A stretch of DNA of 46,012 nucleotides from Actinomycetales bacterium. Lineage in GTDB: Bacteria > Actinomycetota > Actinomycetes > Actinomycetales > CAVURS01. The position numbers and the translations under genes are program-made. Location: the NCBI GenBank assembly GCA_045807245.1, contig JBJMHS010000031.1:1-46012 (forward strand), given 5' to 3'. The stretch's first letter is position 1. Each line of letters begins with the position of its first letter. A model generated the notes under the pieces. That model was not told the origin of the DNA. It ran no database searches and worked only from the letters and a program-made list of their open reading frames with translations. Of the stretch, positions 29,837 to 38,928 are shown in pieces.

Positions 29837-32800
29837 CAGTAGGTCACCTCCTGCGACCGGCGCCGGATGACGGTCACTTCGTCACGTTGGTTGCCGGTCG
29901 GCCCGAGATAGTTGAACGCGAAGGAGAGCTGGGCGTAGCCGCCGATCAGATGGCTCGGCTTGATCAACAACCGGGTCAGTGAGTTGTGGATGCCGCCCCG
30001 ACGCCCGTTCGTCTCCGTCCGCGGTACGTCGATCAGTCGGTCTTGGGCGTGATGCATGTAGACCGTGCCCTCGGGCATCCGGTGGGAGACGATCGCGCGG
30101 GCCACGACCACGCCGTTGCGGTTGACCGCCTCGATCCAGTCGTTGTCGTGTACGCCGATCTTGGCGGCGTCCTCCTGGCTCATCCAGATGGTCTGACCGC
30201 CGCGCGAGAGGGACAGCATGAACAGGTTGTCCTGGTACTCCGAGTGGATGGACCATTTGTTGTGCGGCGTGAGGTAGCGCACCGTGATGCCGAGCTCGCC
30301 GTTGTTGCCGACCTCCGGCTCGCCGAACAGGGCCTGCATGTTGAGGGGTGGGCGGTAGACCGGGAGACCTTCACCCAGTTCGGTCATCCAGTCATGGTCC
30401 AGGTAGAAGTGTTGTCGTCCGGTAAGGGTGTGCCACGGCTTGAGCCGCTCGACGTTGATGGTGAACGGCGAGTATCGCCGCCCTCCGGACTCCGAGCCCG
30501 ACCACTCCGGTGAGGTGATGACAGGAACGGGCCGCGCCTGGGTGTCCGCGAAGGTGACCTGCTTGCCCTCGTGCTCGGCACTGAGATCCGCCAGCTTGAC
30601 CCCCGTGCGAACCTCCAGCTGCTCGAAGCCCTGGGTCGCCAGGTGCCCGTTGGTCGTCCCGGACAGAGCGAGGATCGCCTCACAGGCGTGCACGTCCCGC
30701 GCGATCGACGGACGCCCGTCGGCGACACCGCCGCGCACCTGGCCGTTCTTCTGCCGCAGGTAGTCGAGCTCCTTGGCCACCTCGAAGGTGACGCCCTTGG
30801 TGGTTGCGCCCAACGTGTCCAGCAGCGGACCGAGTGCCATCATCTTCTGCGCAACGGCTGGGTAGTCGCGTTCCACGACGATCAACTTGGGCATCGTGAC
30901 GCCGGGGATCGGCTCGCACTCGCCGAACTTCCAGTCCCGGACCCGCCCGTGAGGGGTCGCCATCGCGTCCGGGGTGTCGTGCAGCAGCGGCGCCGCCACC
31001 AGGTCCTTCCGGACGCCGAGGTGGGTCTGCGCCAGCCGACTGAACTCCTGGCCGATCGTCATGAACGTGTCCCAGTCGGTGCGGGTCTGCCACGGCGGCG
31101 CGATGGCTGGGTTGAACGAGTGCACGAACGGATGCATGTCCGTCGTGTTGAGGTCGTGCTTCTCGTACCAGGTCGCCGCCGGCAGGACGACGTCCGAGAA
31201 GATCGTCGTGCTCGTCATCCGGAAGTCCATCGTGAAGAGCAGGTCGAGCTTGCCCTCGGGTGCCTGCTCACGCCAGACCAGGTCACGGGGACGCTCGTCC
31301 GGCGCCGCCTCCGACGCTCGCACGGCCGAGTCGGCCCCGAGCAGGTGCTTGAGGAAGTACTCGTTGCCCTTGGCCGAAGAACCGAGCAGGTTGGCCCTCC
31401 AGATGCCCAGGACGCGAGGGAAGTTCTCCGGGTTGTCCGGGTCCTCGGACGCGAACCGCAGGTCGCCGCTCTTGAGCTGATCCACCACGTAGTCGGCCGG
31501 CGTGACCCCACGCTGCTCAGCCTCGCCAACCAGGCTGAGCGGGTTGCGGTCGAACGTCGGGTACGACGGCATCCAACCCAGCCGGGCCGACTGGGCCAGG
31601 ACGTCGGCGGTGGTCATGCCGGCGAACACCCCGCCCGCCGAGGCCGCGGCGAGCGTGTCCGCGCTGAACGGGTCGTAGCGGAACTGGTCGGTGTGCAGGT
31701 ACCAGTACGCGGTCTGGATCATCTGCCGACCAGGCCGGCTCCAGTCCGATGCCGTTGCCAGGACGGAGTATCCGGTGATCGGCCGGACCTTCTCCTGACC
31801 GACATAGTGGGCCCAGCCGCCCCCGTTGACCCCTTGGCAGCCGGTGATAGTCGTCAGCGTCAGGAAGGAGCGGTAGATCGTGTCGGAGTGGAACCAGTGG
31901 TTGGTCCCCGCGCCCATGATGATCATCGACCGGCCGCGCGACTCTTCCGCGTTGCGAGCGAACTCCCGCGCGATTCGCGCCGCCGTGGGTGCGGCCACTG
32001 CGGTGATCGGCGCCTGCCAGGCCGGCGTGTAGGGCTCGGACGGGTCGTCGTAGCCGGTAGGCCACACGCCCGGCAGCCCCGGACGCGCCACGCCGTACTG
32101 CGCCAGCAGGAGGTCGAAGACCGTCGTGACCAGACGCCCTCCTATCCGGCGCACGGGCACCCCGCGGATCGAGGCGGCGGCGACGCCGTCTGCGGCGTCG
32201 AACCGAGGCAGCTCAACCGTGACCGGCTCCTCCGGCCCACCTGCGGCCGAAAGCATGGGATCGACGCCGCCGAGGTCCAGGTTCCACTTGCCGACTCCGG
32301 CGTCGCCGTACCGATGGCCCAGAGAGCCGTTGGGCACGAACGGCCGCCCGGTGGCGGCGTCCAACAACACGGTCTTGAACTCGGCATTCTCACTCTTGGA
32401 GAGGGCACCATCGAGGTCAGCCGCGGTCAAGAACTTGCCTGGTACATAACGGGTCTCTTCACGGACCGACCGCTCGTCCAAACTCACGAGGAACGGCAGG
32501 TCGGTGTACCTCTTGACATAGCCGGTGAAGTACTCCACCTCCCGGTCGACGAAGAACTCCTTCAGGATCACGTGCCCCATGGCCATCGCCAGTGCCCCGT
32601 CCGTGCCCGGCTGGGCCGGCAACCACTCGTCGGCGAACTTGACGTTGTCGGCGTAGTCCGGCGCCACCGCGATGACCTTCTGTCCCCGGTAGCGCGCCTC
32701 AGCCATCCAATGCGCGTCAGGAGTGCGGGTCACGGGAAGGTTCGAGCCCCACATGATCAGGTAGCCCGCGTCCCACCAGTCGCCCGACTCGGGCACGTCT

Positions 32801-33585
32801 GTCTGGTCGCCGAACACCTGCGGCGAGGCGACCGGAAGATCGGCGTACCAGTCGTAGAACGACAGCATTGAGCCGCCGATCAGGTTGTAGAACCGCGCTC
32901 CGGCCGCGTGCGAGACCATCGACATGGCCGGGATGGGCGAGAAGCCCGCGACCCGGTCCGGCCCGAATCGCTCGATCGTATGAACGTGCGCGGCGGCCAC
33001 GATCTCCACGGCCTCATCCCAGCTGGCCCGGACCAGCCCTCCCTTGCCGCGGGCCGACTTGTAGCGGGCGGCCCGTTCCGGGTCTTCGACGATCTCGGCC
33101 CAGGCCAGGACCGGATCTCCCAGTCGGGCCTTCGCCTCACGGAACATCTCCAAGAGCACGCCCCGCACGTACGGGTACCGGACTCGCGTCGGCGAGTACG
33201 TGTACCAGGAGAACGCAGCCCCGCGTGGGCAACCCCGCGGCTCATACTCCGGCCGGTCAGGACCGACTGTCGGGTAGTCGGTCTGCTGCGACTCCCACGT
33301 GATGATGCCGTCCTTGACGTACACCTTCCACGAGCAGGAGCCGGTGCAGTTCACACCGTGGGTGGACCGGACCACCTTGTCGTGGCTCCAGCGATCCCGG
33401 TAGAACGAGTCGGCCTGTCGGCCGCCGATCTTGTACAGGGTCCGTCGGTCGTCCGAGACCTCGGAGCGGGTGAAGAACCGCCGCGCGCGAACCAGGACGT
33501 CGTCCAGATCCTGCCCCATGACAGGCCCCGCGCCCGAGGACGTCGGGGCGGGGCCAGTCGCCGGCTCGTCTTGTCGTGGTGTCAA
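29836..33585 (-). CDS. narG: Respiratory nitrate reductase alpha subunit
   Basis: RSTHGVNCTGSCSWK, YEPRGCPRGA, SFYDWYADLP, GGGWAHYVGQEK, NYLGPTGNQRD. TTG start with GGAG upstream. Confidence 0.97.
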   Translation of the reverse strand: MTPRQDEPATGPAPTSSGAGPVMGQDLDDVLVRARRFFTRSEVSDDRRTLYKIGGRQADSFYRDRWSHDKVVRSTHGVNCTGSCSWKVYVKDGIITWESQQTDYPTVGPDRPEYEPRGCPRGAAFSWYTYSPTRVRYPYVRGVLLEMFREAKARLGDPVLAWAEIVEDPERAARYKSARGKGGLVRASWDEAVEIVAAAHVHTIERFGPDRVAGFSPIPAMSMVSHAAGARFYNLIGGSMLSFYDWYADLPVASPQVFGDQTDVPESGDWWDAGYLIMWGSNLPVTRTPDAHWMAEARYRGQKVIAVAPDYADNVKFADEWLPAQPGTDGALAMAMGHVILKEFFVDREVEYFTGYVKRYTDLPFLVSLDERSVREETRYVPGKFLTAADLDGALSKSENAEFKTVLLDAATGRPFVPNGSLGHRYGDAGVGKWNLDLGGVDPMLSAAGGPEEPVTVELPRFDAADGVAAASIRGVPVRRIGGRLVTTVFDLLLAQYGVARPGLPGVWPTGYDDPSEPYTPAWQAPITAVAAPTAARIAREFARNAEESRGRSMIIMGAGTNHWFHSDTIYRSFLTLTTITGCQGVNGGGWAHYVGQEKVRPITGYSVLATASDWSRPGRQMIQTAYWYLHTDQFRYDPFSADTLAAASAGGVFAGMTTADVLAQSARLGWMPSYPTFDRNPLSLVGEAEQRGVTPADYVVDQLKSGDLRFASEDPDNPENFPRVLGIWRANLLGSSAKGNEYFLKHLLGADSAVRASEAAPDERPRDLVWREQAPEGKLDLLFTMDFRMTSTTIFSDVVLPAATWYEKHDLNTTDMHPFVHSFNPAIAPPWQTRTDWDTFMTIGQEFSRLAQTHLGVRKDLVAAPLLHDTPDAMATPHGRVRDWKFGECEPIPGVTMPKLIVVERDYPAVAQKMMALGPLLDTLGATTKGVTFEVAKELDYLRQKNGQVRGGVADGRPSIARDVHACEAILALSGTTNGHLATQGFEQLEVRTGVKLADLSAEHEGKQVTFADTQARPVPVITSPEWSGSESGGRRYSPFTINVERLKPWHTLTGRQHFYLDHDWMTELGEGLPVYRPPLNMQALFGEPEVGNNGELGITVRYLTPHNKWSIHSEYQDNLFMLSLSRGGQTIWMSQEDAAKIGVHDNDWIEAVNRNGVVVARAIVSHRMPEGTVYMHHAQDRLIDVPRTETNGRRGGIHNSLTRLLIKPSHLIGGYAQLSFAFNYLGPTGNQRDEVTVIRRRSQEVTY

Positions 33586-33654
33586 GGGTCGTCTCCGCTG
33601 GGATGGAGGGAGGTCACCGGGCTTGTCTGTCGAACCTACTCACATCTCGGTTCC

Positions 33655-34893
33655 TCACGAGCGTCCGCTCGCCACAGATGTGGGCCGACGAACCAACGTC
33701 GCGCTGAGCAGCAGCACAGCTGCCGCCACCACGGACAGGGCCACCAATCCCACGGCATAGCTGCCCAGCCGCCCGTACACCGAGCCCATGACCAGCGGCG
33801 GGACGAAGCCGCCCAGGCCGCCGGCCGCACCCACGACGCCGGTCACCGAGCCCACCTTGCCTGCCGGCGCCCGCTGGGCCACGAGCGCGAACACTGCCCC
33901 CGATGCCGCACCGAGCGCTGCCGCCATCAGGAGGAAGGCGATCGTGCCGAAGGGCCTGAGCGAAGGCGTGGCAGATTGCACAAGTGCTGCGGCGGCGACG
34001 ACACCGAACGCCGTGGTGAGGACCGGGATCGGCCCGATGTGATCGGAGAGCCAACCGCCGACCGGACGCATGATGACCGCCAGGAGCACGAACCCAGCCA
34101 TCTTGTTCGCCGCGTCGGTCTGAGCCAGGGAGTACGCGCTCTTGAGGTAAGTCGGCAGGTACACGCTGAAGGCCACGTAGCCACCGAAGCCGACCGCGTA
34201 GAGCGCGGACGCCTGCCAGGTGATTCGCAGCCGCACCGTGGCGTCCAGGCGGGCTAACAGTTTCTCGCTGGGAGCCTGCCGTCCCGGTGCATCGCGCAGA
34301 ACGACGGCCGCGAGGACGCCGTAGGCGGCCAGCACCATCGCCGTGATCACGAACGGTGTGGCCATGCCGTGGCCTTTCACCAGTTTCACGGTGGTGAGTG
34401 CGCTGATCGCCGTGCCGCCCATGCCTGCGCCGAACACGCCGACCGCGAAACCACGCCGCTCAGGCGGGAACCAGGCACTGACGAACGGCACACCGACGGC
34501 GAAGGCCGTGCCCGCGATGCCCAGGAAGAAGCCGCCGACCAGGAGTGAGCCCAGGCTGGAGTGACCCGCCAGACCAAGGAACAGCACCGGGACGATGGTC
34601 ACGAACGACACGATCGGGAACATCACACGACCGCCGTAACGGTCGGTCAGTGCACCAACGGGAATCCGCCCCAAGGCACCGACAACGACGGGCACAGCGA
34701 CCAGCAGCGCCTGTTCGAACGCGGTGAGATGCAGGGCAATCTTGAAGCTCGGCCCGAGCGGGCTCAGCAACGCCCACGCCCAGAAGTTGACGGCAAACCC
34801 GACCGTGGCCATCACCAGCATCGCGTTGGCGATCCTGTTCTGAGGGACCGAATCGGGCAGCGCAGTGTTTGCCGAAGTGCGGGTGTCGGTCAT
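33655..34893 (-). CDS. narK: Nitrate/nitrite MFS transporter (NarK family)
   Basis: NFWAWALLSPL, GRIPVGALTDRYGGR, WFPPERRGFAVG..GAGMGG, GAAGGLGGF; directly upstream of narG. Confidence 0.92.
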   Translation of the reverse strand: MTDTRTSANTALPDSVPQNRIANAMLVMATVGFAVNFWAWALLSPLGPSFKIALHLTAFEQALLVAVPVVVGALGRIPVGALTDRYGGRVMFPIVSFVTIVPVLFLGLAGHSSLGSLLVGGFFLGIAGTAFAVGVPFVSAWFPPERRGFAVGVFGAGMGGTAISALTTVKLVKGHGMATPFVITAMVLAAYGVLAAVVLRDAPGRQAPSEKLLARLDATVRLRITWQASALYAVGFGGYVAFSVYLPTYLKSAYSLAQTDAANKMAGFVLLAVIMRPVGGWLSDHIGPIPVLTTAFGVVAAAALVQSATPSLRPFGTIAFLLMAAALGAASGAVFALVAQRAPAGKVGSVTGVVGAAGGLGGFVPPLVMGSVYGRLGSYAVGLVALSVVAAAVLLLSATLVRRPTSVASGRS

Positions 34894-34947
34894 CGTCGCT
34901 CCAGGGTCAGTGGCTGCTCCGCTCTGGAGTGGCGCGGCCTTACCCCA

Positions 34948-35012
34948 AGTCTCGGATCCCCCCCGGACGCCAGGACAGGGACTTAGGTCCTCCGCGGGGC
35001 GACCAACGCCTC
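34948..35012 (-). promoter_or_regulatory. narK promoter: tandem DosR/DevR-like boxes plus -10 element
   Basis: GGGACTTAGGTCCT at 34978-34991 (near-palindromic GGGAC-N4-GTCCC). A weaker GCGACCAACGCCTC lies 21 bp away at 34999-35012. Minus-strand GAGACT at 34953-34948 is 24 nt from the main box. Confidence 0.68.
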
Positions 35013-35030
35013 ACCCGGTCTGACGTCTCC

Positions 35031-36410
35031 TCAGTGAACCGCGAGCCGGACGGTCACGACGGTCCGGCCGGGCTCGGACGCGATGTCGATGCTGCCGCCG
35101 TGCCGCTCCACGACGATCCGGCGCGCGATGTCGAGCCCGAGCCCGGTGCCCTTGCCGACGTCCTTGGTCGTGTAGAAGGCGTCGAACGCGTGCTCTGCGA
35201 CATCAGGTGTCATCCCGGTGCCCGTGTCCGCGACGAGGACCACGACGTGGTCTGCGTCGACGCGCGTCGCAATGGTCAACGTGCCGGAACCCTCCATGGC
35301 GTCCACCGCGTTGTCGACCAGGTTCGTCCACACCTGGTTGAGCTCACCCGGCGAGGCTTGGATCCGGGGCAAGGCCGCGTCGTACTCACGCACGACGGTG
35401 ACGCCGCCGCGAAGCTTGTGCCCGAGCATCACCAGCGTGTTCTCGATGCCTTCGGTCACGTCCGTGCTCTGCCGCGACGCCCGATCCATCTGCGAGTAGG
35501 AGCGCATCGCGCCGACCAGCTCGCTGATGCGCCGGGTCGACTCCTTGACCTCGCCGAGTAGCCCGTCGACCGACAGCGAGCTGGCCACCCACTCCAGACC
35601 GGCCTGCAACGCCGGCCCGCTGAACACCTGACCGGCGCGCTCGCACCACGCGAGGTCCGCACCGGCGCCGACGAGAGCCGGGACCATCGTCCACTCGCCC
35701 TCGATGCCATGACGGGCCAGCCACGAGGACACCGCTTGCTCAGCATCCGCGCGGGCCAGTGGATCGGCCTCCCCGCCGGCCGGACGCAGCTCCAGGCGCA
35801 GGAGGTCCAGCGCGACGAACTGCGCCGCCGAGACGTTCTCGTCCGCGAGCCGACGCAGGGAGCTCACGAGGGCCAGCGAACAGCTCTCCAACCCGTCCAC
35901 AGCCCGGGTGGCCGCCGCCGCCGGGTTGTTCAGCTCGTGGGCCAGACCCGCAGCGAGCGTGCCGAGGGTAACGAGCGAACTGCGCTGTCGCGCCGTCGAC
36001 TCGATGGAACGGGCTGTCCGGTAGAGGCCCTCGATCAGACGGCCGCCGAACGGGAACCACGCGCTGGCTCGCTCCCGGAGCAACGCGGAAGGCACCCGGA
36101 GCACGTGACCCGGTGTCGCGGAGCGACCGGTCGCCAGGTAGGTTCCCTCGGCGTCCCAGGCCTGGAACCCGCCGGCCCACCGGCCCGGCACGTTCATCTG
36201 CGCGACGACCACCGACTCCCGTCCGACCCGCCGGACCAGCTCGATCGAGCCGTCCACCAACACCCACCAGGCCTCTGCCGGATGGCCCTCGACGAAGAGC
36301 TCCTGGCCCGGCTGCACGGCCACCAGCTCGCCACCGTCCACCAGCTCGGCCAGCTGCGCGTCACTCAACCCGTCGAAGATCTCGAGCGCGCGAATCGCGT
36401 GGTCCACCAT
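35031..36410 (-). CDS. Cytoplasmic sensor histidine kinase with N-terminal cNMP-binding-like domain
   Basis: N-terminal IFDGLSDAQL...ELFVEGHP...VLVDG; H-box AAGLAHELNNP; LNQVWTNLVDNAVDAM; DTGTG; FYTTKDVGKGTGLGL; no transmembrane segment. Confidence 0.9.
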   Translation of the reverse strand: MVDHAIRALEIFDGLSDAQLAELVDGGELVAVQPGQELFVEGHPAEAWWVLVDGSIELVRRVGRESVVVAQMNVPGRWAGGFQAWDAEGTYLATGRSATPGHVLRVPSALLRERASAWFPFGGRLIEGLYRTARSIESTARQRSSLVTLGTLAAGLAHELNNPAAAATRAVDGLESCSLALVSSLRRLADENVSAAQFVALDLLRLELRPAGGEADPLARADAEQAVSSWLARHGIEGEWTMVPALVGAGADLAWCERAGQVFSGPALQAGLEWVASSLSVDGLLGEVKESTRRISELVGAMRSYSQMDRASRQSTDVTEGIENTLVMLGHKLRGGVTVVREYDAALPRIQASPGELNQVWTNLVDNAVDAMEGSGTLTIATRVDADHVVVLVADTGTGMTPDVAEHAFDAFYTTKDVGKGTGLGLDIARRIVVERHGGSIDIASEPGRTVVTVRLAVH

Positions 36411-38068
36411 CAGATGGTCGCGAGGTACTGGTGCACGAGCGACACCGACAGCGCGCCCTCGCCAACGGCTGAGGCGACGCGCTTCATCGAGTCGAGCCGC
36501 ACATCACCGGCGGCGAAGACCCCAGGGACACTGGTCTCCAGCGAGTACGGCGCGCGCGCCAGCAGCCACTGCCGGGGACTCATCCGCTCGGCCAGGTCGC
36601 GTCCGGTGACGACGAAGCCACGCTCGTCGCGGACCACCTCGGGACCGAGCCAGTCCGTCCGAGGTGAGGCGCCGATGAACACGAAGAGCCAGTTCGCCGA
36701 CAGCTCCTGGCTTGTCCCGGTGGCACGGTCGGACAGTGTCAGCGACTCGAGGTGACCCTCTCCACCGACCGCGACGACCTCGCTGCCGTAGCGCACGTCG
36801 ACGTTCGGCGTCGTGGTGATACGGGCCACGAGGTACTGGGACATCGTCTCGGTCAACGACGGGCCGCGGACGACCAAGGTGACGCGCTTGGCGTACCGCG
36901 CGAGGTTCAGCGCCGCCTGCCCCGCCGAGTTGGCACCCCCGACGATGAACACCTCGTCTCCGTCACACTGGCTCGCCTCCCCCGCGTTGACGCCGTAGTA
37001 GACGCCTCGCCCAGTCAGACCGGCCAGCCCGGCTGCATCCAGGCGTCGGTAGGAGACCCCGGTCGCGGCCACGACTGCCCTGGCCTCGACGTCACCCCCA
37101 CCGGCGAACTGCACGGCCCGGGCCGGTCCACGGCACTCCATCCCGACGACGTCGCGCGCCAGCACCAGCTCGGCGCCGAAGCGGCTCACCTGCGCCAGCG
37201 CCCGCTGGGCCAGGTCACTGCCGCTCAGCCCCCGGGGGAAGCCGAGGTAGTTCTCGATGGCCGCACTCATCCCCGCCTGACCGCCGGGAGCCTCACGCTC
37301 GACGACCACGGTCCGCAGGCCTTCGGACGCGGCGTACACGGCGGCGGCCAGACCGGCCGGTCCGCCGCCGACGATGCACACGTCGTACAGCTGTTGCGCC
37401 GCGGTGGTGTGCAGGCCGAGCGCACCGGCGAGGTCGACGGTCGTCGGGGCCCTCAGTGTCGCGCCGTCCGGGACCAGGACGAGCGGCAGATCCGTGGGCC
37501 CCGCCTCGGCCAGGTCACGCAGCCGGCGTCCCTCAGCGTCGCGCTCGACGTCGTACCAGCGGTAAGGCACGTGGTTGCGGGCCAGGAACGTCTTGACGTC
37601 ATGGCTGCGGTCGGACCACCGGTCCCCCACGATGCGCAGGTCGGACGTGCGCTCGGGATGCGCTCGGCCCCAGTCGTCCAGCAGGTCGTCCACCACGGGG
37701 TAGAGGCGCTCGGCCGGGGGGTCCCACGGTTTGAGCAGGTAGTAGTCGAGGCCGATCTCGTTGATCGCGGAGATGGCGACGTCGGTGTCCGCGTAGGCGG
37801 TGAGCAGCAGGGTCTTCGCGTCCGGCGCATGCACCCGGGCCGCCGTCAGCAGCTCGGTGCCGGTCATCTGCGGCATCCGCTGGTCGGCCAGCAGCAAGGC
37901 CACCGGCTCGTCGCGCAACGCCAGCCGAGTCAGGACGTCCAGCGCCTCGACGCCGGACCCAGTCCGCACGACGCGGTACTCCTCGCCGTACCGCAGCGTC
38001 AGGTCTCGCGTGATCGCGGCGGAAACCTGCGGGTCGTCGTCGACCGACAGGATCGTCGCTTTGCTCAT
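36410..38068 (-). CDS. Response-regulator receiver domain fused to a thioredoxin-reductase-like FAD oxidoreductase
   Basis: Receiver: SVDDD, ADQRMP, LLTAYAD, LKPW. FAD motif GGGPAG, IENYLGFP, GGANSA, FAAGDVR..KRVASAVGEG. Confidence 0.9.
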   Translation of the reverse strand: MSKATILSVDDDPQVSAAITRDLTLRYGEEYRVVRTGSGVEALDVLTRLALRDEPVALLLADQRMPQMTGTELLTAARVHAPDAKTLLLTAYADTDVAISAINEIGLDYYLLKPWDPPAERLYPVVDDLLDDWGRAHPERTSDLRIVGDRWSDRSHDVKTFLARNHVPYRWYDVERDAEGRRLRDLAEAGPTDLPLVLVPDGATLRAPTTVDLAGALGLHTTAAQQLYDVCIVGGGPAGLAAAVYAASEGLRTVVVEREAPGGQAGMSAAIENYLGFPRGLSGSDLAQRALAQVSRFGAELVLARDVVGMECRGPARAVQFAGGGDVEARAVVAATGVSYRRLDAAGLAGLTGRGVYYGVNAGEASQCDGDEVFIVGGANSAGQAALNLARYAKRVTLVVRGPSLTETMSQYLVARITTTPNVDVRYGSEVVAVGGEGHLESLTLSDRATGTSQELSANWLFVFIGASPRTDWLGPEVVRDERGFVVTGRDLAERMSPRQWLLARAPYSLETSVPGVFAAGDVRLDSMKRVASAVGEGALSVSLVHQYLATI

Positions 38069-38168
38069 CTGACCAGCCTCTGCACCGACGCGAACACTGT
38101 CGGCATCCTATGGTCCGGCCTGGCCCAAATCGTTCGACTCGGCCGCCTGCCGCCGACAAGGTGGACGC

Positions 38169-38903
38169 ATGACGAGCGGTGATGTCTGGGACGCAACGAC
38201 CGCAGAGGCGTACGACGAGTCGTCGTCCGAGATGTTCTCACCGGAGGTCCTCGACCCCACCGTCGACTTCCTCGCTCGCCTGGCCGGGTCCGGGCCCGCC
38301 CTGGAGCTCGCCGTGGGCACCGGACGCGTCGCGATCCCACTGACCGCCCGGGGCATCAACGTCACTGGCATCGAGCTGTCGGAGCCGATGGTGGGACAGC
38401 TGCGGAGCAAGGTCGACGCCCTGACTGTCCCCGTCGTGGTCGGCGACATGGCCCAGACCCGCGTCCCAGGTGACTTCGCGCTGGTCTATCTCGTGTGGAA
38501 CAGCATCTCCAACCTGGAGACGCAGCAGGAGCAGGTCGAGTGCTTCCGCAACGCCGCGCGCCACCTGCGCAGCGGTGGCCACTTCGTCATCGAGCTCTGG
38601 GTGCCGTCGCTACGACGCCTCCCGCCGGGGGCGCTCGGCGTCCCGTCGATCTTCACCGACTCGCACCTCTGCCTGGACACGTACGACGTGGTGACCCAGC
38701 GATGTACGTCGCACCACTACACCCGTGACCCGGACGGCAGCACGACGTACAGCTCGGGTCACTTCCGGTACATCTGGCCCGCCGAGTGCGACCTCATGGC
38801 CGAGCTGGCCGGCCTCGAGCTCGAGGGCCGGTACGCCGACTGGGACCGCAGCCCGTTCACCGCCGACAGCCGAAGCCACGTCTCCGTGTGGCGCAAACCC
38901 TAG
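38169..38903 (+). CDS. Class I SAM-dependent methyltransferase
   Basis: LELAVGTGRVA, GIELSEPM, GDMA motifs. Confidence 0.9.
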   Translation: MTSGDVWDATTAEAYDESSSEMFSPEVLDPTVDFLARLAGSGPALELAVGTGRVAIPLTARGINVTGIELSEPMVGQLRSKVDALTVPVVVGDMAQTRVPGDFALVYLVWNSISNLETQQEQVECFRNAARHLRSGGHFVIELWVPSLRRLPPGALGVPSIFTDSHLCLDTYDVVTQRCTSHHYTRDPDGSTTYSSGHFRYIWPAECDLMAELAGLELEGRYADWDRSPFTADSRSHVSVWRKP

Positions 38904-38928
38904 GCGGCCGGCCCGGGGCCCACCACAA

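Noticed and set aside
33470..33500. RRFF near the NarG N-terminus as a Tat export signal (periplasmic Nar or Nxr)
   Set aside because: No hydrophobic h-region follows. NarI, NarJ and NarK indicate a cytoplasm-facing enzyme, and NarG proteins are known to carry a remnant twin-arginine-like motif.
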